The notes beneath the pieces are model-generated. The model was not told the DNA's origin. It did no database searches and worked only from the letters and a program-made list of their open reading frames with translations. Positions 1 to 8,681 of a DNA stretch of 27,705 nucleotides are shown here, piece after piece. Position numbers and translations under genes: made by a program. Where the stretch lies: assembly GCA_963693095.2 (NCBI GenBank), contig CAXVTD010000001.1, forward strand, positions 1 through 27,705, read 5' to 3'. This DNA comes from Cenarchaeum sp. Its GTDB lineage: Archaea; Thermoproteota; Nitrososphaeria; Nitrososphaerales; Nitrosopumilaceae. Position 1 is the first letter of the stretch, and every line of letters starts with the position of its first letter.

Positions 1-23
1 ACGGTCGGCCGTTGCCGACCCGT

Positions 24-100
24 GGGCCGGTCGTCTAGACTGGTAGGATACGCCCTTGGCATGGGTGAGATCGTGGGTTCAAATCCCACCCGGTCCACCA
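24..100 (+). tRNA. tRNA-Ala(GGC), CCA encoded
   Basis: Acceptor stem GGGCCGG/CCGGTCC with G3:U70 alanine identity pair; anticodon arm CGCCC-TTGGCAT-GGGTG; T-loop GTTCAAATC; ends ACCA. Confidence 0.96.
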
Positions 101-128
101 CTCCCCATAGCTGTGTGCCCGATCTTGG

Positions 129-136
129 TTTAAATT
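129..136 (+). promoter_or_regulatory. Putative TATA box of alba
   Basis: TTTAAATT about 30 bp upstream of ATG 160 in GC-rich context. Confidence 0.6.
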
Positions 137-159
137 ATAGAGCTTGGGCGCGTGTGGCA

Positions 160-600
160 ATGACAGCATACGCAGGAGACGCGCCGGCGACTGATGCGCC
201 AACAGGCGCACCGCCGAGCCCGCCAACAGATGCTCCACAGGCCGCACAGGGTCAGTCCGAGGCACCACGAACCGAACAGCCACGACCCGATCGCGGGTCA
301 GGCGAGCGGCGCGGGCCGAGGGGGCCGGAATCAAAGGACACCGTCTTTATCGGCAAAAAGCCGCTCATGGCATATGTCACATCCACGCTGCTGCAGCTCG
401 CCGAGGTTCCCTCGGTGACGATAAAGGCGCGCGGAATGAGCATATCTAGGGCAGTCGACGTGGCGCAGATCATATCGAGAAAGCGCGACAATGCCGAATA
501 CACGATAGACAGCGTCACGCTTGGTTCCGAGTCACTCGAGTCGACTGACGGCAAGCAGCGCAACGTCTCCACGATAACGATCGCAGTTAGCAGAAGCTAG
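160..600 (+). CDS. albA: DNA/RNA-binding protein Alba with low-complexity N-terminal extension
   Basis: VFIGKKPLMAYV...VTIKARGMSISRAVDVA...NVSTITI Alba signature. Start placed at ATG 160 because the longer ORF runs through the tRNA. Confidence 0.9.
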   Translation: MTAYAGDAPATDAPTGAPPSPPTDAPQAAQGQSEAPRTEQPRPDRGSGERRGPRGPESKDTVFIGKKPLMAYVTSTLLQLAEVPSVTIKARGMSISRAVDVAQIISRKRDNAEYTIDSVTLGSESLESTDGKQRNVSTITIAVSRS

Positions 601-1460
601 CGCCTCTTGGCGTAGCGGCGCTCCATGCGCTGGTACCTCGAGAGGTCGACGAGCTCGTTGAACGAGTCAAAGTTCACCATGGACCTTGATGACTTGCGCG
701 TCGTGCCAGTCTTCTTTAGCTCTCGCAGCGCGCCGAGTGTGGCGTGCGCGCTGGCAAATAGCGTCGATAGCGGATAGAGGACAATGTTGAATCCCATAGA
801 GTGGAGCTCGCGCGAGGGCAGTATCGGCGTGCGGCCGCCCTCTATCATGTTGGCCACGAGGGGCCCGCCGATGGCGGCCCCTATGGCGCGCATCTCTGAT
901 CTGTTCTGCGGGGCCTCGACAAAGACGGCGTCTGCTCCCAGCTTGCGACTAGCGCGGCCGCGCTCGATGGCCTCGTCCAGGCCTAGTGCGGCGCGAGCGT
1001 CAGTGCGCGCGACGATGACAAAGTCCCTTGAGGAGCGCGCGTCAATTGCTGCACCGAGCTTTTCTGCATACTCGGCATACTCGGTGACCTCCTTGCCGGC
1101 CATGTGACCGCACCTCTTTGGCCAGTGCTGGTCCTCGAGGAACATTCCGGCCGCCCCTGCTGCCTCGAGGCTCTTTACGAGGCGCCAGACGCTAAGCGCA
1201 TTGCCGTATCCAGTGTCGGCATCAACAATGACTGGCGCGTCAGCTGCGCGGCACACGCGAGATGCGTTGGAGACAGTTTCACCGGCGCCGGCAAACCCAT
1301 AGTCGGGCATTCCGAGCATGGATGCTGACGTGCCGTATCCGGTCTGAAACATTGCCTCAAAGCCGGCGAGTCTGGCCAGGCGCGCCCCTAGCGCGTCGTA
1401 CACGCCGGGCACGACGAGGCCTGACTTGCGGGATATGAGGCGCCTGATGCCTGATGCCAT
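597..1460 (-). CDS. Isocitrate lyase/PEP mutase family protein (PrpB/CPEP-mutase-like)
   Basis: PGVYD, DADTGYG, LEDQHWPKRCGH, ARTDA and VEAP motifs. Start MASGIRR lies about 30 bp from TTTAAA at 1488-1493. Confidence 0.88.
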   Translation of the reverse strand: MASGIRRLISRKSGLVVPGVYDALGARLARLAGFEAMFQTGYGTSASMLGMPDYGFAGAGETVSNASRVCRAADAPVIVDADTGYGNALSVWRLVKSLEAAGAAGMFLEDQHWPKRCGHMAGKEVTEYAEYAEKLGAAIDARSSRDFVIVARTDARAALGLDEAIERGRASRKLGADAVFVEAPQNRSEMRAIGAAIGGPLVANMIEGGRTPILPSRELHSMGFNIVLYPLSTLFASAHATLGALRELKKTGTTRKSSRSMVNFDSFNELVDLSRYQRMERRYAKRR

Positions 1461-2036
1461 GCGGGCAGCGTGTGGGTGTGGCGGGGATTTAAAGGGTGAT
1501 CCCGCCGACACACACATGGCGGGACCTGCCTGATCATGGGCAGGCATCGATAATGACATCACACACGACGCGCCGAGGGCGTCTGCAGATCACAGGTTGC
1601 GAAATGGCAGAGTCCGGGGCGCACAGATCAGGGCGTGCCCCCTGGGGTCATGACATGGCCAATGCGCACGTGCCTTGCGCCCAGGCCAGCATAACGAGTT
1701 AAATAATCTCACAATGCCTAGCCTGCCTAGGCAGGACGTATGCAGATGCTACTGCTTAGGGTCCGGCAGCCCCGCTTAGGGGGGGCTGTCCGATCTGTTT
1801 ACCCTGACATGAGTTCTGCCACGCGGCCAATCCTAGAGTTTGGGCGCGTGTGCCATTTTTCAAATTGTGGATCATGGTCCCTTTTTTGTGGTGACGAGAT
1901 CATCCTTGTCAGGAATTATCAGGCCGACAGTTGGGCTTGCATGCGTGCTGTTCGCCCTGCCAAACAGTGGGGGCAAGTTTGGGCCAAATGGGCAGGTTCT
2001 GACACACATGGGCAGAATGCCGAGCCAGCCTGCAGC

Positions 2037-5000
2037 CTATGCCCCAATGTGCGCGTCTAGGCCAGTCTTTTTGGGCTTCCAGTCCCTTGGCTCAAACTCG
2101 TCTGGAAGCGTGGCGATTATGCGGTCAGACTCTGCGCCAACATGCACGGCGCGCTCGATGACTGCGATAATATCGTCCTCGTCCATGCCCTCTAGCGGAT
2201 TGTTGACTATGTGGCTATCCTTGTCGACTGTGCGGTTGTAGCGGTCAACGACCCACTCTAGGGGCGTGCGGCCGTTCACCGTGTACTTTGGCTGTGGAAT
2301 GTCCTCAAAGACTATGACGTTGTTTATCCTGATCTTTGTCTTGTCGGCCTTCATGCCGATGCGGCCAAATGCCACCTTTGCCGGTTTGCCAAACTTTTCA
2401 TTTGGCCTTCCAAGGTTGAACCTCTTGCACGTCTCAAAGTTTAGGTGCAGGTCTGCGAGCTTTTTGCCTGCCTGGCTGAATTTCTTGAAGTCGGGGGCCA
2501 TTGGGATGTTTGGGAGGTCTTTGGCGAGATTGTTGGCGAATTTGCCGCGATACCCAGAATGGTGCAACATTCCATATATGTAATAGAATACATCATTTTT
2601 ATTAATTCGTTCATTCTCATAATGTCCTTTATATTCTTGCACTGAATATTCTGTAATGTTGTCTATTTTTGTATTTTTATTATATGTGTATAGTGGGAAA
2701 CATTGATTGGAATTTACAATATGTAAATCCGGCATAGTGTCGGTTATAATAACAGAAAATTCGCCTATGAATTTATACGGAACGCAAATTACCAGATTTT
2801 TTGACATATCGGTTGGAAACATCCGTGGAATTTGATGAATTGCACCATTATATGTCTTGTCAAAATATATTTTTTGTTTAAAAAACGGTCGATACAGTGC
2901 TGTTCTAATGTTGTTTATGTCAAATTCTGGTTTATGTATTTTTAGATTATTTCCTAATTCTGTTGACCATTTTGCGTATCTAGAATCAATCACTGGATTA
3001 TCCAAGTTTTGCGCGTTACAATATTTGATATGTTTCCTCATGTTGTTGAATAGCTCATCTCGAGATGTATTATATGCCCATATGTCTCGTTTTGTTATTA
3101 TTCCTAACGAATATGTCTGAAATATGGCATTTGTTTTGCCTGCTTTGGCACTTTTACTTCCCATTGGCAAATATTCCAAAAACCTGTTGTCTCGTTGATC
3201 AAGCCAATCATTGTGTATATCTGGGAACACCGTCGTCCAGTCGTTGATATTTTTGATGGATCTAAAACTTTTGATCATTTCGAGCTTTTTCTCCCTAGTC
3301 AGGTAGTCTCCTATGTCTTTGTAATAGATCTTTGCTGTGCTTGACTCGCCTCCTCCACTACGCGGACTCTTGACCAGTATGGTGACTGCAACAGGGGCTC
3401 TGGAGCCTACACCGAATATGTTGCCACCCTCACGGCGACGCGTCTCGCCTTGAGTCCTCTGGTTTGCGCGCAGGTCTAAGCACCACACCTCGTCAAACTC
3501 CTTCGAAATCGAGTCGCGTATACCCGCTGCTGCGTCAGAGCGCACAAAGCTCGCGTTGGTCACGAACGCCACTATGCCCGATTCGCCTATGCGGTCACTT
3601 GCCCATCGTAATGCCCGTATGTACGAATCATAGAGTGAGTTTTTGTTATGGACGTTTGTGTTTTTGATATACATATCGTTAACCCTTTTATCTAACATTG
3701 GATATTTTGTGTTAGGATTCTCGTCATTGTAATTGCTTTGTCGTGATGAATATGGTGGATTTCCCATGATCACGTCCACGCTGGTGGCCCTCTGGCGCCT
3801 GACGCGCTCGTGCGCCACCCTGAACATCCCGCCAATAGTGGCCTGCTCGCCCCTGTGCTCCTTGCCGCTGAGGTAACGTGGGTTCTGACGGAGCGTGTCG
3901 GTGTAGCTGATCCCCTCAAACGGGACGTACCTGCCGCCGTTGCCGCTGGAGTATGTCGTTTCTATGTTCACCGTGGCAATATAGTATGCCAGAAGTATCA
4001 TCTCGTTTGCGAGCAGGTCGTTCCGATACTTTTGGTACGCGTTGTCGCCCAGCAGCCCTGAGTCAAGCAGGCGCGTGATGAACGTCCCAGTGCCGGCGAA
4101 CGGCTCGAGTACCTTCACGCGCCGGTCGTCAAACCCCATACCAAAGCGCGTCTTGAGCACGTGCTGCACGCTGTGTATCACAAAGTCGACCACCTCGATC
4201 GGGGTGAAGACAACACCGTGCTTTTCGGTCTCCTTTTTGGCAGTGCTCTTGAAAAAGTTCTCGTACAGCGTCTTGATAAAGTTCTGGCGAGCCTTAGTCG
4301 AATCTATGAGCTTGACCTCGTCCTTCACCTTGGCATAAAACTCCTCTAGATCCTCAAGCTCGGCGTCTAGGCCAAAGCTTGCGGCCATCTTGGAGAGAAC
4401 CTTTGATATTGGGTTGTGCGACGTGAACTCTCCACTGAACAGCTCGTCAAAGACGCGCGCGAGCACGACGTGCTGCGCGATCACCCTGATCGCCTCATCA
4501 CGCGTGACCGAGTCGTTGATGACTGACTTTAGACTCTCGTGAAACTCGTCTAGCTCGCGCCTCTTTGACTTTGATGCATCTAGCATGGTTTCTATGCGTT
4601 CCTCAACTATGGCCGCCGCCTTTCCTATCTTACGGCCGTACTCGTTGTAATAGTCAACGTCGCCGACCTTTCGTATCAGCGTGGACTTTATCTTGTCAAA
4701 TAGTTTCGGCATGGGGAGCTTTTCCTCACCTTCGAGACCCAGTATCGAAAAGCTGATCCTAGGAGTCACATCTCCGGAACTCTCGCCCTCTCCCCTGTCG
4801 AGTATGAGCGAGTTTATCTCACGCGCGAGTGACTCGTCGTGCGAGCGTAGCGCGTTGAGAACCTGCCAGACGGTTCGATACGACGGGTGACTGTCAAGGG
4901 CATTGTTTGTGTCGACTCCTGCGGGTATGGCCACGGGAAGCACGACATATCCGGTATCCTTGCCCGGCGCTCGCCTCATGACCCTGCCGACTGACTGGAC

Positions 5001-6707
5001 AATGTCGACTATGGACTCGCGTGGGTTCAAAAACACGACACCGTCAAGAGCTGGCACATCAACGCCCTCAGACAGGCACCTGGCATTGGAGAGTATGCGA
5101 CACGTGTTCGGATCGACGTCACTGGCACCAAGCCACCTCATCTTCTCGCGCCTCTTTAGCGCGTTCTTTTTGCCATCAATGTGACTAACCTCCACGTTGC
5201 TGGTCGTCGGCCTCTTTGTCTTTATCTCCCCAACCACGTTCTCAAAGCTGCGCTTTTTCCTGACATCGCTATCCTCCAAGTCACCGGCAAATATCTCGGA
5301 GCGGTCTATTCTGTTTGTGAACGCAATGACCTTTTGCAGGAGCTTTGGGTCTCCCTCGCCCTCTGGATACTGGATCCCGTGCCACACGGCGGCCAGGAGC
5401 GTTCTCTCATCTAGTGGCATCGCGCCATCCTTGGCCACGGCCTGCTGGAACTCCATGTCGACATATTTCGTGCTCACCATTGGCACGATCACCTTAAAGT
5501 CGGCGAGCGCCTTGTGCTTGTGCACCGCGTCAACAAACCCCAGCCTGTGGAACACCGGCCCGTACGTCCTTTCGTCGTCCATCGAATAGATCGCCGGCTC
5601 GCTACTCGCCGCCTCGATGCCCTTCTTTTCTATGGCACGGCCACGCGCCGCACCCTTTACGGTCTCGCCGTATATCTTTGGCGTGGCAGTCATGTATAGG
5701 CGCCTCTTGGCAAGAACGTTGCGGTCATTGTGGACATGCGTATAATACGAGTCGTTCTCGACGCCCGTGGTCCGGTGCGCCTCGTCGCACAGGACGAGGT
5801 CGAACTTTTTTCCGAGCGCCCTTGATGCCACCTTTATGGAGTGGTACGTGGAGAATATCACCGTCATCGCCCCCTTTGGCCGGTTCATCACGTTTCTCAT
5901 CAGATCGTCGGGATTTGTGGACACGGGGCACTCTAGCTCGAGTATAGAGCCCTCCTCGCCGACGCTCTTGTCCGAGCACACCGCCACGTAATAGTGGCCG
6001 GTTCCGGCATTGTCTGACCACTCGCGCATGCTCTGGTATATGAGCGAGATTGACGGGACTAGATAGAGGACAGTCCCGTTGCGGCCAACTAGGTTCTCGG
6101 CTACGTGGAGCGCAACGAGCGTCTTGCCTGTCCCGCACGCCATGACTAGCTTGCCCCTGTCTGAGCCCTTGAATCCGGTGATAACGTCATTGACTGCCTG
6201 TTCCTGATAGTCGCGCAGCTTTTTGGGGCTCTTGACTGCGCGTTTTGGATACTTGCTCCAGTCAAAGTTGCTCCTCTGCAGCTCTTCTGTCCCGATTACC
6301 TGGCAATGGTGGTTTTCTAGTAGCTTTCTAGCATTGGATGTTATACTTCCTCCTGTGTATATCAATATCATGCTATGGAACTTTTTTCCGGATGCGTCTG
6401 CAGGAAAGTTGGAGATTTCATTTTTCCCCAGCACGTGGTCTTCACTATAGCACTTGCACTGTATTGCACACAACTTGCCGTTCTCCTCTGCCACTAGGTC
6501 AGTCCCCATATCGGGCTCGCCCTTGTTTCCAGGCCACGATGCCCACTTGTACACCTTGCTGAATCGGTTTGAATACACACTATCCGTGCTCAAAAACTCT
6601 ACCATTAGATTTTCAAACATCTTGCCTTTCTCCGTCTCACTCTTAGACTCTCGTCGTATCTTTTCTAGAATATCATCAAATGTTTGAGGGGCAGACTTGC
6701 TGCTCAT
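2037..6707 (-). CDS. Type ISP-like single-polypeptide restriction-modification enzyme (Mrr-like nuclease, SF2 helicase, N6-adenine MTase, TRD)
   Basis: 1556 aa. N-terminal GTDLVAE...AIQCKCY nuclease motif; Walker A MACGTGKT; DEAH; LSEGVDVPALD and QSVGRVMR helicase motifs; MTase motif I EPFAGTGTF and motif IV NPPY; C-terminal LYRPF...YYIYGMLH...LHLNFE TRD typical of LlaGI/LlaBIII-like enzymes. Confidence 0.9.
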   Translation of the reverse strand: MSSKSAPQTFDDILEKIRRESKSETEKGKMFENLMVEFLSTDSVYSNRFSKVYKWASWPGNKGEPDMGTDLVAEENGKLCAIQCKCYSEDHVLGKNEISNFPADASGKKFHSMILIYTGGSITSNARKLLENHHCQVIGTEELQRSNFDWSKYPKRAVKSPKKLRDYQEQAVNDVITGFKGSDRGKLVMACGTGKTLVALHVAENLVGRNGTVLYLVPSISLIYQSMREWSDNAGTGHYYVAVCSDKSVGEEGSILELECPVSTNPDDLMRNVMNRPKGAMTVIFSTYHSIKVASRALGKKFDLVLCDEAHRTTGVENDSYYTHVHNDRNVLAKRRLYMTATPKIYGETVKGAARGRAIEKKGIEAASSEPAIYSMDDERTYGPVFHRLGFVDAVHKHKALADFKVIVPMVSTKYVDMEFQQAVAKDGAMPLDERTLLAAVWHGIQYPEGEGDPKLLQKVIAFTNRIDRSEIFAGDLEDSDVRKKRSFENVVGEIKTKRPTTSNVEVSHIDGKKNALKRREKMRWLGASDVDPNTCRILSNARCLSEGVDVPALDGVVFLNPRESIVDIVQSVGRVMRRAPGKDTGYVVLPVAIPAGVDTNNALDSHPSYRTVWQVLNALRSHDESLAREINSLILDRGEGESSGDVTPRISFSILGLEGEEKLPMPKLFDKIKSTLIRKVGDVDYYNEYGRKIGKAAAIVEERIETMLDASKSKRRELDEFHESLKSVINDSVTRDEAIRVIAQHVVLARVFDELFSGEFTSHNPISKVLSKMAASFGLDAELEDLEEFYAKVKDEVKLIDSTKARQNFIKTLYENFFKSTAKKETEKHGVVFTPIEVVDFVIHSVQHVLKTRFGMGFDDRRVKVLEPFAGTGTFITRLLDSGLLGDNAYQKYRNDLLANEMILLAYYIATVNIETTYSSGNGGRYVPFEGISYTDTLRQNPRYLSGKEHRGEQATIGGMFRVAHERVRRQRATSVDVIMGNPPYSSRQSNYNDENPNTKYPMLDKRVNDMYIKNTNVHNKNSLYDSYIRALRWASDRIGESGIVAFVTNASFVRSDAAAGIRDSISKEFDEVWCLDLRANQRTQGETRRREGGNIFGVGSRAPVAVTILVKSPRSGGGESSTAKIYYKDIGDYLTREKKLEMIKSFRSIKNINDWTTVFPDIHNDWLDQRDNRFLEYLPMGSKSAKAGKTNAIFQTYSLGIITKRDIWAYNTSRDELFNNMRKHIKYCNAQNLDNPVIDSRYAKWSTELGNNLKIHKPEFDINNIRTALYRPFFKQKIYFDKTYNGAIHQIPRMFPTDMSKNLVICVPYKFIGEFSVIITDTMPDLHIVNSNQCFPLYTYNKNTKIDNITEYSVQEYKGHYENERINKNDVFYYIYGMLHHSGYRGKFANNLAKDLPNIPMAPDFKKFSQAGKKLADLHLNFETCKRFNLGRPNEKFGKPAKVAFGRIGMKADKTKIRINNVIVFEDIPQPKYTVNGRTPLEWVVDRYNRTVDKDSHIVNNPLEGMDEDDIIAVIERAVHVGAESDRIIATLPDEFEPRDWKPKKTGLDAHIGA

Positions 6708-6893
6708 CTACGACAACTCCTCTGTGTTTACGTGTCTACTGTGGCCAACATTGGGCTGTGGTGGAAAATACTGACTTTGGAAATTTTGAAGCCGAAAACT
6801 GATGTATTTTTTACTATCGTCTATCGGAGCTCGGAGCTCGGAGCTCGGAGCTCGGAGCTCGGAGCTCGGAGCTCGGAGCTCGGAGACGGGCAC
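6708..6893 (-). CDS. Putative repeat-containing leader ORF (61 aa) abutting the R-M start codon
   Basis: GTG start about 30-35 bp downstream of a TATA-like tract; reads through the 7-bp repeat; TAG at 6710-6708 directly precedes ATG at 6707-6705. Confidence 0.35.
   Translation of the reverse strand: MPVSELRAPSSELRAPSSELRAPIDDSKKYISFRLQNFQSQYFPPQPNVGHSRHVNTEELS
6824..6885. repeat. Perfect 7-bp tandem repeat (TCGGAGC)x8 plus a 6-bp partial unit
   Basis: Units start at 6824, 6831, ... 6873, then TCGGAG at 6880-6885. Each junction forms the palindrome GAGCTC. Confidence 0.98.
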
Positions 6894-6918
6894 GGGCCGG
6901 TGTTAGCTCTATGCCATG

Positions 6919-6930
6919 TATATTATAATT
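6919..6930 (-). promoter_or_regulatory. Putative TATA box for the leader ORF/R-M transcript
   Basis: AATTATAATATA on the minus strand, upstream of GTG 6893. Confidence 0.45.
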
Positions 6931-7173
6931 GTACGTGGGAGCTATGACATTTGAGGCGCCAAAATCGACAATCTTGCATTTGCGTGTTGTTGATATGGCA
7001 AAATATGGCTTGCCGATATGCCGTGGGGCATGGCCTATGACACTGTGTGCTGTCATGTGCGTGCGGCTAGTGTGGGCCATGGGGCTCTTGATCCAGCTCC
7101 TGCCCACCATCGTCGCCTCGCGCGAACATGATCATTTTAAGCGTTTTAACCTTCTTGGGTGAGGGGGCAACTG

Positions 7174-8265
7174 TGTATTATACGGAAAGTAGGAGCGCTA
7201 CCCATCCGAGTCCACCTCCATCCACCCGGGGTTCTCCGCCCGGACCCGCCCGTCGGCCCTCCGCCTCCTGAAGGCCAGTAGGGGCGTCTCGCCGGTCTCC
7301 ATGTCGAGGGAGAAGTGGAGCCTCTCCTCGTTGTAGTGCCCGATGAACTCGGCGACCCCGCCATGGCGGCCGATCTCCGTCTCGAGCGTCCGGAAGAACC
7401 TCTCCACCTTGCCGTTGGTCTGGGGGTGGCCGACGCGCGCCATGACGTGCTTTATCCCGGCGTCGAGCAGCTCCCGCTCGAAGAGCGTCGGCGTCCAGCT
7501 GCGGCGAGGCGCGTCGCGCCTGGTCGCCGTGAACTGCGTCCCGTGGTCCGAGAGCACCTGCGCCGGCGCGCCGAACCGTCCGATCGCGTGGCGCAGCGCC
7601 ATCACCGTGTTGCCCGACGTGGCCTCGGGGAAGACGCCAAACCCCGTGACGCACCGCGACGCGTCGTCGAGGAACACTATGAGGTGCGAGCCCCTCAGGG
7701 GACCGTATTTCATTATGTGCCAGTCCACGTGCCACATCGCGTTGGAGTACTTTCTCTCGAACCGGACCCACTTGCGCCTCCTCGACCTCGCCGGCGAGCT
7801 GCTGACCAGTCCCTCCGCAGACAATATGCGGTACGCCGCGCCGTACGCTATTTTTGAGTTGTTGAGCCGCATGAGCCTGACCAGGCGCACCACGCCGACG
7901 GGGTCGCGCGAGTGCGCGGCGAGGACCTCGTCGGCCTGCGCCTGTGTGATCGGCCTGCGCGGTCTCCCCATCGGCCGCGGCTCCGGCGGCGCGCCGGTCC
8001 GCCGGCAGTGCGCGCGGAGCTTGCGGGCCCACGACGGCGAGATCCCCAGCTCGCGCGCCACTTCCCCGGTGCTCCTGGTCGCAAGCGTCCTCGCGATGTA
8101 CCGGAGCGCCCGCGCGTCCAGCCTCCTGACCGGCATGGCGCGCCGGCGCCGGAGGCCCCCAAACGTGTGTTTCGGCAGCCTGCCGGACCCGAAGGCCATC
8201 AGCGGGCTCCCGGATCCGCGCCCGGCAAGCCCTCTGGCCCCCGCTCCTACTTTTTGTACAATACA
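7174..8265 (-). mobile_element. IS481-family insertion sequence, 1092 bp, 24-bp imperfect IRs, 16-bp target-site duplication
   Basis: Left end TGTATTATACGGAAAGTAGGAGCG (7174-7197) versus reverse complement of 8242-8265 TGTATTGTACAAAAAGTAGGAGCG; TGT...ACA termini; flanking direct repeat GGTGAGGGGGCAACTG at 7158-7173 and 8266-8281. Confidence 0.93.
7198..8136 (-). CDS. IS481-family DDE (rve-type) transposase
   Basis: N-terminal HTH (STGEVARELGISPSWARK); WHVDW, FLDDASR, VLSDHGTQF, PQTNGKVERFFRTL and YNEERLHFSL motifs; stop abuts the IR. Alternative start at ATG 8199. Confidence 0.9.
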   Translation of the reverse strand: MPVRRLDARALRYIARTLATRSTGEVARELGISPSWARKLRAHCRRTGAPPEPRPMGRPRRPITQAQADEVLAAHSRDPVGVVRLVRLMRLNNSKIAYGAAYRILSAEGLVSSSPARSRRRKWVRFERKYSNAMWHVDWHIMKYGPLRGSHLIVFLDDASRCVTGFGVFPEATSGNTVMALRHAIGRFGAPAQVLSDHGTQFTATRRDAPRRSWTPTLFERELLDAGIKHVMARVGHPQTNGKVERFFRTLETEIGRHGGVAEFIGHYNEERLHFSLDMETGETPLLAFRRRRADGRVRAENPGWMEVDSDG

Positions 8266-8436
8266 GGTGAGGGGGCAACTGGCACGGCTGTGACTACCAG
8301 TCTTTGTGCTGCATGTTCTAACCGCTCTCTTGCTAGATGGGTGTTGTAGATTCTGGCAGAACGTCACTGGGATTGTCCGTTGTTGATGGGCTGGTTCCGG
8401 CCATGCAGCCACCGACGCTCGGGCATATGTGGACTA

Positions 8437-8572
8437 TGACTTTATAAAGAGACGATCATTGGGCTTGAACTGACCTTATAAAGAAGTCTTAACTGGGTTT
8501 GGACCGACTTTATAAAGAAGTCTTAACTGATATGATCTGAATTATATAAAGAACCTATAACTAGAATTGCTA
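8437..8572. repeat. Degenerate 34-bp tandem array, four units with core TATAAAGA
   Basis: TATAAAGA at 8443, 8477, 8511 and 8545 (exact 34-bp period); units 2 and 3 share TTATAAAGAAGTCTTAACTG. Confidence 0.85.
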
Positions 8573-8681
8573 ATCATACAATTACTTTATATTTAATTAT
8601 CTTTTCCATGATGTTAATATATAAAGCAATTTTTGAGCTGCGCGTATATGGCATTGCCGGATCAATCTGAACGGTGGCTAC

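Noticed and set aside
60-100. tRNA-Ala or tRNA-Pro as an integration (att) site for the islet
   Set aside because: No duplicated tRNA 3' segment or integrase was seen.
22-159. N-terminal extension of the Alba ORF from position 22
   Set aside because: It runs through tRNA-Ala and the TATA box; ATG 160 fits better.
1740-2241. ORFs 1740-2060 and 1840-2241, also 6929-7162 and 12342-12758
   Set aside because: No motifs, atypical composition and in several cases overlap with real genes; not supportable as CDS.
6824-6885. GAGCTC palindromes in the SSR as the R-M target site
   Set aside because: Type ISP sites are asymmetric, and GAGCTC is frequent throughout the window as Glu-Leu codons.
8266-8412. 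404-aa version of the IS481 transposase
   Set aside because: Its start lies outside the inverted repeat, so it is a chance open frame.
7146-8412. Gene interrupted by IS481
   Set aside because: Rejoining the flanks gives only short ORFs (about 28 and 52 aa) with no recognisable motifs.
8437-8572. CRISPR array interpretation of the 34-bp units
   Set aside because: The 34-bp period leaves no room for spacer-sized unique segments, the variable parts resemble each other, and no cas genes are in the window.
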